DNA from: an uncultured Solirubrobacterales bacterium
Lineage (GTDB): Bacteria > Actinomycetota > Thermoleophilia > Solirubrobacterales > 70-9
Direction of reading: 5' to 3'
DNA length: 64,000 nt
Assembly: GCA_963777915.1 (NCBI GenBank)
Contig: CAVZSH010000007.1
Span: 83,433-147,432 of the forward strand
Part shown: one piece after another, positions 1 through 11,436 of the stretch
Position numbering within the stretch: position 1 is the first letter of the stretch
Layout of the letters: each line of letters begins with the position of its first letter
Made by a program: the position numbers and the translations under genes
Notes under the pieces: generated by a model
The model's database searches: none
The model's input: only the letters and a program-made list of their open reading frames with translations
Told to the model about the DNA's origin: nothing

Positions 1-271
1 AGACCGTGTCATCGATCGTCTCGCCGCAGTCTTCGATCGACTGGCGGGCGTGAGCGCGGAGATCCTCGACCGTCCACTTGTCAACGGCTACGCCGAGGAT
101 CGGGCAGTCCAACAGGCCGCGCTTCTCGAGCCGGTACAGCGAGTTGAAGGTCATCACCTTCGCCAGGTCACCGCTGATTCCGAAGACGACGAAGACATCG
201 GCGGGGCGCGCGGCGCCGGCGCTCCGATCGCCTTGCGAAGGAGCCTGCTTCGGTGCCCTGGTTGCGGCCAT
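1..271 (-). CDS. zwf: glucose-6-phosphate dehydrogenase, N-terminal part (gene runs off the window start)
   Basis: Reverse-strand ATG at 271-269 is preceded by GGAAAGGA. The translation MAATRAPKQ...ADVFVVFGISGDLAKVMTFNSLYRLEKRGLLDCPILGVAVDKW matches the G6PD N-terminal GxxGDLA dinucleotide-binding motif. It is absent from the ORF track because there is no stop inside the window. Confidence 0.75.
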   Translation of the reverse strand, partial: MAATRAPKQAPSQGDRSAGAARPADVFVVFGISGDLAKVMTFNSLYRLEKRGLLDCPILGVAVDKWTVEDLRAHARQSIEDCGETIDDTV

Positions 272-489
272 TGACTCGGTCCTTTCCTAGGTCTGCTCCG
301 CCTTGCGGATCGCTCTGCCTAGGGCGGGCGCCGCGATCGACGCTCCCGAAGCTCGCGTCCTCGGTCCGATCGACTGTGTGGCGATCCTAGCCGGGTTCTG
401 ATGCTGCTTGTTAAGAGATCTGGCAGGGCTGTCCCAGGCCTGGGCGTGAAAAAGGGGCGGATCGGCGCCCCGCCTACAATTTCGGGCCG

Positions 490-2628
490 ATGACGACTCA
501 GAGGCGGAGGCGGCGAAGGTCGCACAGTTTGAGCTGGAAGAAGAAGCTCCTGCTCGCGGCGGCGTTCGCCGGCGGATTGCTCGTGGTCGCAGGAGGAGTG
601 GCGGCGAGCTGGGCGATCAAGGTGTATGACTCCGCGCCGCCGCTCTCCAGCCTCAAACCGGTGCAGAAGGGCCGCTCGTCGGCGATCTACGCAGCGAACG
701 GCAGCCTGATCGGCTTCATCCCTTCCAGCAACATCCGCCAGCCGGTTTCCTCGCTTGCCCTGCCTCAGGTTCTGAAGGACGCCACGATTGCGATCGAGGA
801 CAAGAACTTCTACCACCATGGCGGCATTGACCCGGCAGGCATCGCCCGCGCCGCCTGGAAGGACCTGCTGGCCGGGGGCAAGCCCGTCCAAGGGGCATCG
901 ACGATCACCCAGCAGCTGGTTCGCGATCTCTACATCCAGCACCCTGAAGACACGATCAGGCGCAAGCTGATCGAAGCGCACCTCGCCGAAGAGGAGGAGG
1001 AAGCCCACCCCAAGAACTGGATCCTCACCGCTTACCTCAACACGGCGCCCTACGGGACCGTGGAGGGGGAGACCGCGGTCGGCGCCGAGGCGGCGGCGCA
1101 GACCTACTTCGGCAAGCCCGCGCGAGATCTGACCCTGACCGAGGCGTCGATGATCGCCGGCCTGCCGCAGGCGCCCTCCGAATACAACCCCTTCATCGAC
1201 CCAAAGGCGGCGCTCGAACGGCGCAACGAGGTCCTCAAGGTGATGGAAGAACAGGGCTACATCACCTCCGCACAGTACGAAGGCGCCGTTCACCGTGGCC
1301 TCGGGTTGCGCCCCGGCCACAAGTACCAGGTCATCCGGGACCCGTTCCTCTTTGACCTCGTCGAGCAGGAACTGATCCGCAAGTACGGGATCAACACCGT
1401 TCGCTACGGCGGGCTCAAGGCCTACACGACGATCGACCCCACGCTGCAGGAACACGCTCAGGAAGCGGTCGACGCCTGCGCGGTCTGCTACTCCGGCGGC
1501 GGTCCCGCCGCAGCGCTGGCGTCAGTCAATCCGACCAACGGCGAGATCGTCGCTCTCGCCTCTACGCAGAGCTACTCGAACGAAAATCAGTTCAACTACG
1601 CCTGGCAGGCGCACCGCCAGCCCGGCTCCTCGTTCAAGACGTATGTCCTCGCGACGGCGATCAAGCAGGGAATCGACCCTTACACGACCTACTACAACGG
1701 CACCGCTCCTCTGACACTGCAGATACCGGGAGGGGGCACCTGGACCGTCAACAACGCCGAGCCGGGCCAGGGAGTGATGTCGCTGGCCACCGCGACCTGG
1801 AACTCGGTGAACGCGGTCTTTGCCCAGCTCGACCTCGATGTCGGCCCCGAAAACGTGACCAAGACCGCCCACGAAATGGGGATCATGGCGCCGCTGGAAT
1901 CGGTGCCGGCAGAGGCCATCGGCGGCCTGCGCATCGGCGTCACGCCGCTGGAAATGGCCGATGGCTACGCGACCCTCGCCGACGGCGGCATCCACCACGA
2001 CGCGACCGCGGTCAGCAAGGTCGAGTTCCCCAACGGCAAGGTCGATGAACCCAATCCCCAGTCGGGCGACCGCGTGCTGAGCCCCGGGCAGGCCTACGAC
2101 GTGACCAAACTGCTGGAGGGGGTGATCACCCAGGGCACCGGCGCCGGTTATACATCGATCGGCTGCTCCTCGGAGGCGGGGAAGACCGGCACCTCCGAAG
2201 GAGAGTCCGACGCCTGGTTCGTCGGCTACACGCCGCTGTACTCGACAGCGGTCTGGGTTGGGCACCCCGAGTCGCGCGAAGCGACCGGCTTCGGCGGGCC
2301 GACGGCAGGCCCGATCTGGCGCTCCTACATGGAGTCAGCCACGAACGGCAACTGCCCCGAATTCCCAGTTCCATCCAGTCTTCCGACCCTCTCCAGCCTG
2401 CACAGCGAACACACCGCGGGTGGCTCCGCCTCGAGCTCGACGACCGACAGTCCCGAAGCCTTCGGGACGACCAAGCCGGGCAGGGCGCCGTCGAACAAGA
2501 ACCAGGCCCCAGCGGCGGCTCAGGCCCCCAGTCCCGCGCCGAACCCAGCCCCATCTCCCACCCCACATCCGAGTCCGACGCCGAGCCGCCCGGTCGGCGT
2601 GGGCGGTGGCGTGCCGAGCCCCCACTGA
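490..2628 (+). CDS. bifunctional class A penicillin-binding protein (GT51 transglycosylase + transpeptidase) with Pro/Ser-rich tail
   Basis: Shows an N-terminal TM segment, the GT51 motifs EDKNFYHHGGID and QGASTITQQL, and the transpeptidase SxxK motif (GSSFKTY). Confidence 0.9.
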   Translation: MTTQRRRRRRSHSLSWKKKLLLAAAFAGGLLVVAGGVAASWAIKVYDSAPPLSSLKPVQKGRSSAIYAANGSLIGFIPSSNIRQPVSSLALPQVLKDATIAIEDKNFYHHGGIDPAGIARAAWKDLLAGGKPVQGASTITQQLVRDLYIQHPEDTIRRKLIEAHLAEEEEEAHPKNWILTAYLNTAPYGTVEGETAVGAEAAAQTYFGKPARDLTLTEASMIAGLPQAPSEYNPFIDPKAALERRNEVLKVMEEQGYITSAQYEGAVHRGLGLRPGHKYQVIRDPFLFDLVEQELIRKYGINTVRYGGLKAYTTIDPTLQEHAQEAVDACAVCYSGGGPAAALASVNPTNGEIVALASTQSYSNENQFNYAWQAHRQPGSSFKTYVLATAIKQGIDPYTTYYNGTAPLTLQIPGGGTWTVNNAEPGQGVMSLATATWNSVNAVFAQLDLDVGPENVTKTAHEMGIMAPLESVPAEAIGGLRIGVTPLEMADGYATLADGGIHHDATAVSKVEFPNGKVDEPNPQSGDRVLSPGQAYDVTKLLEGVITQGTGAGYTSIGCSSEAGKTGTSEGESDAWFVGYTPLYSTAVWVGHPESREATGFGGPTAGPIWRSYMESATNGNCPEFPVPSSLPTLSSLHSEHTAGGSASSSTTDSPEAFGTTKPGRAPSNKNQAPAAAQAPSPAPNPAPSPTPHPSPTPSRPVGVGGGVPSPH

Positions 2629-2651
2629 AGGGCGCCGCGGAAGGCGAGCAG

Positions 2652-3392
2652 GTGAGCGGCGAGCTGGTACAGCGGTTTCGCAGGGCCCGCCGCGACCCGG
2701 GGCTGGTCGTGCTGGAGGGCTTTCATGCGCTGAAGCACGCGCTGCGCTTCGGCGCCGAGGTGATCGAGGCGGTCGCAGCCGACCCCGCGGAGTTGGGGCA
2801 GCTGGTGGCGGAGCTTGCCCCCGACCTATCTGCCTCGATGCCGGCGCGGGTCAGCCCGGCAGAGGAGGAGGCCTTGGAGGAGTTGGTCCCGCAGGCGCCC
2901 CGCACCGGGGTGGTGGCGATCGCCCGCCGCCCGGTGATCGACGTGGAGACGACGCTGGGCGACCCGAGGGCCGCACCGCTCGTGCTGCTCGAGGACCCCC
3001 GCAGCATGGGCAACCTGGGGGCATGCGTGCGGGTGGCGGCGGCTGCCGACGCGGCAGGTGTGTTCACCACCGGCCGCAACGACCCCTGGAACCCCGAGGC
3101 GGTGCGCGGGGCGGCGGGACTGCACTTCGCCCTGCCGGTGGCGGCACTTGAGCGGCTGCCCGACAGCGACCGGCCGCTGATCGCCATCGACCCTGGCGGC
3201 GAGGAGCTGCGCCCGGGAGAGCTACCGTCCCGCGCAGTGCTCGCCTTCGGCACCGAGCGCCACGGGCTCAGCGCCGAGCTGCTCGGGCGCGCCGATGCAC
3301 GCCTCGGCATCCCGATGCGACCCGGAGTCTCCAGTCTCAACCTCGCCACCTCGGTGGCCGCCCTGCTCTTCTCCCAGCGCCTCACCGGATAG
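2652..3392 (+). CDS. TrmH/SpoU family RNA 2'-O-methyltransferase
   Basis: SpoU motifs NLGACVRVAAAADAAGV, LAFGTERHGLS and IPMRPGVSSLNLATSVAALLF. GTG start. Confidence 0.8.
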   Translation: MSGELVQRFRRARRDPGLVVLEGFHALKHALRFGAEVIEAVAADPAELGQLVAELAPDLSASMPARVSPAEEEALEELVPQAPRTGVVAIARRPVIDVETTLGDPRAAPLVLLEDPRSMGNLGACVRVAAAADAAGVFTTGRNDPWNPEAVRGAAGLHFALPVAALERLPDSDRPLIAIDPGGEELRPGELPSRAVLAFGTERHGLSAELLGRADARLGIPMRPGVSSLNLATSVAALLFSQRLTG

Positions 3393-3495
3393 CCGAAAAA
3401 TACGGATGCGCCGGGCAGGTGCCGGGGTTAGCGTGGGGAACACCTGAGCGCGGCGTCTTGCCGCCTCCCGTTCAATCAACCGAAAGGACGCCGCT

Positions 3496-3885
3496 TTGCT
3501 GCTCGCCAACTTCAGTTTCGGTGACGCGCTTCTGCTCGCCCTCGAGATCTTCTTCTTCGTGATCTGGATCTGGATCCTGATCACGATCCTCACAGACCTC
3601 TTCCGTGACCATGAACTGTCCGGCTGGTGGAAGGCGGTCTGGGTCCTATTCCTCGTTTTCATCCCGTTCGTGACCGCGCTGATCTACCTGATAGCCCGCG
3701 GCAGTGGCATGCGCGACCGGGCGCTCAAGGCGCAGGCGGATGCGAAAAAGCACATGGACGCCTACATCCAGCAACAGGCCCACAGCTCGCCCGCCGATGA
3801 GCTGCACAAACTCAATGACCTGAAAGAAAAGGGCGCGATCTCCAGCGAGGACTTCGAGAAGGCGAAGACCAAACTGCTCGCTTAG
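3496..3885 (+). CDS. membrane protein with PLDc_N-like N-terminus and C-terminal SHOCT domain
   Basis: Two TM helices followed by ELHKLNDLKEKGAISSEDFEKAKTKLL, which is the SHOCT signature. TTG start. Confidence 0.65.
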   Translation: MLLANFSFGDALLLALEIFFFVIWIWILITILTDLFRDHELSGWWKAVWVLFLVFIPFVTALIYLIARGSGMRDRALKAQADAKKHMDAYIQQQAHSSPADELHKLNDLKEKGAISSEDFEKAKTKLLA

Positions 3886-4559
3886 AGGACTCCGACCAGG
3901 CCACGCCCGATCAGATAGAGACCGGCCACGATCGCGACGGCTATCACTATCTGGCGGGCGTGGTGGGCCATCCAGGCGTTGAGCGCCTCGACTTTGGCCC
4001 GCGTCGCCTCCGGCGCGATCGAGTAGCCCAGCAGCGGCACCTCGGCCAGCACGAACATGATCGCGTTGAAGAGGAGGATCGCGAAGGCCTGCTCGCCTAT
4101 CCCGTGCTGGTTCTCGGCGATGTCCTTGAGGGCGACGAGGTAAAAGGCGCCGGGAAGATTGAGCGCTACGCCAACGGCGAAGGCGATTGGAACGTTTCCA
4201 CGGCTGAGGATCCGCTCCGACCACGGGTCGCGGGGAGGCCGTGAAGCGCGCCGCTCCCGACGGCGCTCCTCGAGGCGCGCGTCGCGGTCGGTGGCCAGCA
4301 CGTAGGCGACGATCAGCGCCAGCGCCCCGACCGTGAAATTGACGATCGGGTCGGTGGCGGGGCTGGAGCCGGAGAGCAGCTGCGATTCGTTCAGGGAGAG
4401 GACGACGGCAAAGCCGACGGCGATGCTGGCCAGCATCCCGCCGATCAGGTAGGCGAGCAACAGTCGCCTCGGATTGGGCCGGCTGAGGACGACGATGACG
4501 ACGGCGAGGATCGCCGGCGAGATCGCCGAGATGACCGCCAGGACCAAGATGTTGATCAC
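3882..4559 (-). CDS. GAP-family integral membrane protein
   Basis: Multi-TM ORF. The track ORF extends to 4652, but its N-terminal 31 aa are Cys/Gly-rich. A GTG at 4559 preceded by GGGAGG gives a hydrophobic N-terminus (VINILVLAVISAISP). Confidence 0.5.
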   Translation of the reverse strand: MINILVLAVISAISPAILAVVIVVLSRPNPRRLLLAYLIGGMLASIAVGFAVVLSLNESQLLSGSSPATDPIVNFTVGALALIVAYVLATDRDARLEERRRERRASRPPRDPWSERILSRGNVPIAFAVGVALNLPGAFYLVALKDIAENQHGIGEQAFAILLFNAIMFVLAEVPLLGYSIAPEATRAKVEALNAWMAHHARQIVIAVAIVAGLYLIGRGLVGVL

Positions 4560-4728
4560 AGCGCTGACCCTAGCCTCCCAGTCAGTCAACGCTTGTTCGA
4601 TTCCTCCTCCTTGCAGGCACAATCTGCAACCGAAGTTGCAAGTTATTAGCAACTCCTAACATTTGCGAGGCGATTTCGCTAGCCTGCGCGACCCTGCCAA
4701 CGCCCTGCGAGGGCCTTGGGCGGGATCG

Positions 4729-5973
4729 ATGCGGGCCTTCTTCTCTCACACACATCCGAGCGCGACCCGGCGGGGGTTGCTGTTGGCGGCGGCGCTGCTG
4801 TTCGCCGTCCTCTGCGCGCTGACCGTCGCCGACGGCCGCGCTCCCGCCCAAGACCTCCAGCAGCAGCTCCAAGACACCCAGGGCAAGCTCGCCCACGTGC
4901 GGGCCTCCCAGAACTCGCTCTCGGCGACGATCGCCGAACAGAACGCCGCCATCAACTCGATGATCGGCGAAGTCTCGACTCTGCGCCAGCGCCAGGCCGA
5001 GGTCCAGGCTCAGCTCGCCGCCAAGCAATCCGAACTGGAGAAGGCGACCGCCGAACTCGTCAAGGAGCGACATCACCTCGCGGAAGTCAGGGCGCAGCTG
5101 GGTCGCGCCCTGAAGGTGCTGCGCGGGCGGCTGGTGGCGATCTATGAGTCGGGCAGCCCCGACGTCCTCAATGCGATTGTCGAATCGGCGAGCTGGTCCG
5201 AACTTGCGACCCAGACCGAATACCTGAACCGGATCCAGAGCTATGACGACTCGGTTGTCAGCCGAGTCAAGACGCTGCGCAACCAGGTGCGGAGCACGGT
5301 GCAAAGCCTTGCAGCGGCCCGCGCCCGCATCCGTTCCGCCCGCAACGCGATCGCCGCCAACGAGCGCGAAATCGCCGCGGCCCGCGCCGCGGCAGAGGCT
5401 CGCTTCGCCAAGCTGAAGGCCGCACAGTCCCAGCGCCGCCAGGTACTCGAATCGCTGGAGTCCCGCGAACAGGCGCTGAGCAACAACCTCGCCTCGATCA
5501 CCTCGCAGATGGTGACCCCGGGAGGGCCGATTGGGCCCACCTCGGCACCGGCCCCGCTCACCCCCGGCGAGAGCGCCCACTTCATCTCTGAAAGCGAGGC
5601 AAGCGCCCCGGCCTCGGCTCCCGCGGCAGTGCGGGCGGCGATCGCCGCGGCAAACTCGATCGCCACTACCCCATACATCTGGGGGGGTGGCCACGCCTCC
5701 TTCGAATCGTCGGGGTATGACTGCTCCGGAGCAGTGAGTTTTGCCCTGCACGGCGGCGGTTTCCTCTCCAGCCCGCTCGACTCGACTGGGCTGGAGACCT
5801 GGGGCGATCCCGGGCCGGGACGCTGGATCACCGTCTACGCGAACGCCGAACACGCCTGGATGACGATTGCCGGTCTGGCCTTCGACACCGTCGGCGGGCC
5901 GGGCCCGCGCTGGCATCCCTCGCTGGTCGATTCCCCTGCGGGCTTCATCGCCCGCCACCCGCCCGGCTATTAG
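4729..5973 (+). CDS. secreted coiled-coil protein with C-terminal NlpC/P60-type cell-wall hydrolase domain
   Basis: Signal/TM segment LLLAAALLFAVLCALTVA, a long Gln/Ala-rich coiled coil, and the C-terminal motif YIWGGGH...GYDCSGAVSF. ATG 4729 was chosen over the upstream TTG of the track ORF. Confidence 0.7.
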   Translation: MRAFFSHTHPSATRRGLLLAAALLFAVLCALTVADGRAPAQDLQQQLQDTQGKLAHVRASQNSLSATIAEQNAAINSMIGEVSTLRQRQAEVQAQLAAKQSELEKATAELVKERHHLAEVRAQLGRALKVLRGRLVAIYESGSPDVLNAIVESASWSELATQTEYLNRIQSYDDSVVSRVKTLRNQVRSTVQSLAAARARIRSARNAIAANEREIAAARAAAEARFAKLKAAQSQRRQVLESLESREQALSNNLASITSQMVTPGGPIGPTSAPAPLTPGESAHFISESEASAPASAPAAVRAAIAAANSIATTPYIWGGGHASFESSGYDCSGAVSFALHGGGFLSSPLDSTGLETWGDPGPGRWITVYANAEHAWMTIAGLAFDTVGGPGPRWHPSLVDSPAGFIARHPPGY

Positions 5974-6304
5974 GCGCGCCATCAAGCCCGACTGTCTACG
6001 GTCCCACGCTCCAAGGACGGCGGCGAGGGAGGGAGACAAGAAATGGACAGAGGTTGCAGTCGTGACGATCGACGCCGCGCGCTCTGACGACGGCGGGTCC
6101 TGCGCACCGCAACCACCGCGCCTTCCCGGCCGGAGCTGCGGGGCGCTGGGAGCTGAGCGGCTCGGGAGCGGTGATCTGGGCACTGGAGAAGCTGGGCCTG
6201 GCCGGTGGACCTGCGCGCGGACTGACGCGCGAGGACGGCGGAGAGGGCGACGAGCCCGTAGGCGGCGCTAAGGCCGCTCCTGCAGGTACGGTTTAGCCGC
6301 TTCC

Positions 6305-6541
6305 ATGACAAAGCGTCGAAACCTGATCGTGCCGGCCGTCCTGCTCGGCATCGTCTTCGTCGTCATCGCGGTGGTCTACTGGATCGAGCCGGCCGGCTCG
6401 CTGCCGGCTTTCTTCCCCGGACACGAAGCGGGATCCAGCCACCACCACGCCAAGCACGGGATCGCAGCCTTCGTGGTGGCCCTGGCCTGCTTCGTCTTCG
6501 CATGGTTTCAGAGCGGCCCGGCGGGGAAGGCCCCGGCGTAG
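6305..6541 (+). CDS. small two-TM membrane protein (conserved hypothetical)
   Basis: 78-aa ORF with two hydrophobic helices flanking LPAFFPGHEAGSSHHHAKHG. Confidence 0.5.
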   Translation: MTKRRNLIVPAVLLGIVFVVIAVVYWIEPAGSLPAFFPGHEAGSSHHHAKHGIAAFVVALACFVFAWFQSGPAGKAPA

Positions 6542-6553
6542 GCCGCTCCCCCG

Positions 6554-7420
6554 ATGGAACCCATTTCTTACTTTCAGGCGCTCGTCCTCGGCGCCCTGCA
6601 GGGCATCGCCGAGCCATTTCCGATCTCCAGCCTCGGCCATGCGGTGATCGCACCGCAGCTGTTCGGCTGGAACATCCACCAAAACGACTCCTTCTTCCTC
6701 GCCTTCTTGGTCGCCACCCACTGCGCGACGGCGATCGTGCTCTTCTTCTTCTTCTTCAAGGACTGGATGCGGATCTTCCGGGGGATGGGGCGCTCCCTAC
6801 GCGACCGCCAGATCGGCGCCACCGACAGCGATGCGCGGCTTGGTTGGCTGCTCGTGGCCGGGACGATCCCCGCCGGGGTGATCGGGGTGCTGTTAGAGGA
6901 ACCGCTGCAAAGCCTCTTTGCCTCGGCCCAGGCGGCGGCGATCTTTCTCACTCTCAACGGGGTGTTGCTGCTCGTCTTCGAGCGCTTCCGACGGCGCCCG
7001 CCGCGGCCCGGCGACTACCGCGGCGACTCCGACAAGCGGATCTCGAAGATGGGCTTCAAACAGGCCTTTGCTATCGGAGTCGCGCAGGCGGCGGCGCTGG
7101 TGCCGGGGATCTCGCGCTCGGGTGTCACCATGGGCGGCGGGCTCCTCACCGGCCTCTCCAACGAGGACGCTGCCCGCTACGCCTTCCTGTTGGCGACGCC
7201 GATCATCGGCGCCGCCGGGGTCCTGAAGCTGCCGGAACTTCTCGGCTCGGCCGGGAACGGGGTGCGCTCCCAGGCGCTGGTCGGCGCCCTGGCGGCGGCG
7301 CTCACGACCTACCTCGCGGTCAGATTCCTGCTCCGCTTCTTTGAGACCAACCGTCTGACGCCATTCGGCATTTACTGCATCCTCGCCGGCATCGCCAGCA
7401 CGCTAATCATCGCCTTCTGA
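6554..7420 (+). CDS. uppP: undecaprenyl-diphosphate phosphatase
   Basis: BacA/UppP signatures LVLGALQGIAEPFPISSLGH and PGISRSGVTMGGGLL. Confidence 0.9.
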   Translation: MEPISYFQALVLGALQGIAEPFPISSLGHAVIAPQLFGWNIHQNDSFFLAFLVATHCATAIVLFFFFFKDWMRIFRGMGRSLRDRQIGATDSDARLGWLLVAGTIPAGVIGVLLEEPLQSLFASAQAAAIFLTLNGVLLLVFERFRRRPPRPGDYRGDSDKRISKMGFKQAFAIGVAQAAALVPGISRSGVTMGGGLLTGLSNEDAARYAFLLATPIIGAAGVLKLPELLGSAGNGVRSQALVGALAAALTTYLAVRFLLRFFETNRLTPFGIYCILAGIASTLIIAF

Positions 7421-7465
7421 GTCGCCGCGGGTTGTTGTTCGCGTCGGCCGGGTACGGTAGGGGCG

Positions 7466-9454
<1,989 letters not shown>

Positions 9455-9691
9455 GCCGGCGCCTATTTACCGGCGGTGCGCTCATTGGCGATGCGCTCGA
9501 CCGCAACGGCCAGAGTCTGCAGCTGTTCCTGCACGCTGCGCAGTTCCCGCAAGGCAAGCGCCTCGGCTGAGATCTGCTCGCTCTCCAGCTCGGTCTCGAC
9601 TTCGACGATCTGGGGGGCGAGGAAGCGTTGCGCGAAGATTCGACGCGACGGCGTCTGTGCCTACCTCTGCTCGGTCCGCGGTCCGCGGCCC

Positions 9692-10480
9692 TCAGCCACG
9701 GGCGGACTGCGGTTCCCAGTGGAAGCGGCGGGCGGCGGTGAAGAGCGCGGCGACCCCCCAGATGCCGAGCACGGCGATGTTGTCGGCACTGAGCCCGAGC
9801 CCGCTCGCACCGGGCGCCAGCGTGGTCTGCAGGCCGTCGGCCAAATGGAACAGCGGGAAGATGCGGCCGATCTGTTCCAACCAGCTGGGCAGGGTGTCGA
9901 TCGGGACGAAGACCCCGGAGATGAAGGAGAGGACGACGACGCTGAAGGGGCCGATCGCCCCGGCGGCGTCGGGGCTGGGGGTAAAGACCGTCAGCGCCAT
10001 ACCCATCGCGCAGAAGGTGGCGGCGCCAAGCAGCACGTAGACGACGAAGCCGACCGCGGTGCTACCCGGCAGCGAGACCCCGTAGGCGATGCTGCCGATC
10101 GCCATCAGTACGACGGTCATTGCCGTTACCTGGACGATCGCCGCGCCGATCTGTCCGACGACAAAGGTCCAGGGCGGCATCGGGGTGCCGCGAAAGCGCT
10201 TCAGCTGCCCGCTCTCCCGCTGGGTGGTGAGGACCATTGCCAGGGTGGTGAAGGTCGACAGGGCGGTTGCGTAGGCGATGATCCCGGCGGTGAAGTAGGC
10301 CTTCGGGTCCAGCTTCAATCCGCCGCCGAGGTTGATTTCGTGGGTGGTGGAGAAGATCGAGTTGAAGATCACCAGGAAGAAGATCGGGAAGGCGACGGTG
10401 AAGATGATCGCCCGCGGCTCGCGCGAGCGGGCAAGCAGGATGTAGCGGGCCTGCACGAGGACCAACCTGGCGTCGCTCAT
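9692..10480 (-). CDS. ABC-2 type transporter permease
   Basis: Six-TM ORF that overlaps the upstream ATPase stop by 4 nt. Confidence 0.75.
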   Translation of the reverse strand: MSDARLVLVQARYILLARSREPRAIIFTVAFPIFFLVIFNSIFSTTHEINLGGGLKLDPKAYFTAGIIAYATALSTFTTLAMVLTTQRESGQLKRFRGTPMPPWTFVVGQIGAAIVQVTAMTVVLMAIGSIAYGVSLPGSTAVGFVVYVLLGAATFCAMGMALTVFTPSPDAAGAIGPFSVVVLSFISGVFVPIDTLPSWLEQIGRIFPLFHLADGLQTTLAPGASGLGLSADNIAVLGIWGVAALFTAARRFHWEPQSARG

Positions 10481-11424
10481 CTCTCGCCTCCCTCCTCGGT
10501 GGTCAGCTCGAGGAAGATGTCCTCGAGGCTGGGGCGACGGACCTCGAGCGCGCCGAGCTCGATGCCCTTCCCATCGGCCCAGCCGAGCAGGCGATAGACG
10601 TCGCGCTGGGGCTGGTCGGTCGCAAAGCTGGCCTCGTTGCCTGACAGCTCCACCTGCGCTGAGACCTGTGAGTCGAGCTCCGCGGCGAGGATTCCGTCTG
10701 GAAGCTGGAAGCGGACCACGGTCCGCTGGCCGAGCGAGGACCCCAGCTCCTCGGTACTTCCTTCGGCGACCAGCATCCCGTCCCGAAGGATCGCCACCCG
10801 GTCGGCGAGATGCTGCGCCTCGTCCATGTAGTGGGTGGTGAGGAAGACCGTCTTGCCTAGTTCCTTGAGGCCCTCGATCATGTTCCAGGCGTCGCGGCGG
10901 GCCGAGGGATCAAAGCCCGTGGTCGGCTCGTCGAGGAAGATCAAGTCGGGGTCGCCGATGATCCCGCAGGCGACGTCGACGCGACGTTTCTGGCCGCCGG
11001 AGAGGGTGCCGATCCGCGCGTCGCGTTTCTCGGCGATGCCGACTAACTCGATCGTCTCGTCGACCGGCCGGGGGGCACTAAAGAAGCTGGAGAAGAGCGT
11101 CACCGTCTCGCGCACGGTCAGCACCGGGTTCATCTCACACTCCTGGAGGACCAGCCCGACCCGGTTGCGCCACTCTCTACTTGGCGCGCCGGGATCGACG
11201 CCCAGGACCGAGATCTCGCCGCCGCTGCGAGGTCGGTAGCCCTCGAGGATCTCGATCGTCGTCGTCTTGCCGGCGCCGTTGGGGCCGAGAAAGCCGAAGA
11301 CTTCGCCGGCGGCGACCTCGAAGTCGATCCCACGCACGGCCTCATACTCACCATAGGACTTGCGCAGCCCTTTGACGGTGATCGCCGTTTCGCTCACCGC
11401 GTGCACACTACGCAAAATTTGCAC
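10477..11424 (-). CDS. ABC transporter ATP-binding protein (DrrA/CcmA-like)
   Basis: Walker A GPNGAGKTT, signature LSGGQKRR, Walker B LIFLDEPT. Confidence 0.9.
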   Translation of the reverse strand: MQILRSVHAVSETAITVKGLRKSYGEYEAVRGIDFEVAAGEVFGFLGPNGAGKTTTIEILEGYRPRSGGEISVLGVDPGAPSREWRNRVGLVLQECEMNPVLTVRETVTLFSSFFSAPRPVDETIELVGIAEKRDARIGTLSGGQKRRVDVACGIIGDPDLIFLDEPTTGFDPSARRDAWNMIEGLKELGKTVFLTTHYMDEAQHLADRVAILRDGMLVAEGSTEELGSSLGQRTVVRFQLPDGILAAELDSQVSAQVELSGNEASFATDQPQRDVYRLLGWADGKGIELGALEVRRPSLEDIFLELTTEEGGER

Positions 11425-11436
11425 CGGGGATCTGGC

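Noticed and set aside
319-1455. Long antisense or shadow ORFs throughout the window. Examples: 319..1455(-), 4582..6183(-), 9476..10597(+), 11401..13128(+), 19483..20748(-), 20987..23170(+), 25665..27674(-), 28159..29442(-), 30457..31647(-), 31739..32857(-).
   Set aside because: They lie opposite, or out of frame with, genes that have clear family signatures. Their translations are Arg/Pro/Gly/Ala-rich low-complexity sequence, which is typical of stop-poor non-coding frames in high-GC DNA.
5982-6311. 109-aa reverse ORF between the NlpC/P60 gene and the small membrane protein gene.
   Set aside because: It is Arg/Ser-rich apart from one hydrophobic stretch, and it has no recognisable family or start context.
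9463-9660. Reverse-strand open frame encoding a coiled-coil-like peptide (..FLAPQIVEVETELESEQISAEALALRELRSVQEQLQTLAVAVERIANERTAGK*) between acs and the ABC-2 permease.
   Set aside because: There is no ATG or GTG start in the open stretch; only an internal TTG gives about 28 aa. No RBS was seen. It may be a remnant or may use an unusual start, so the support is insufficient.
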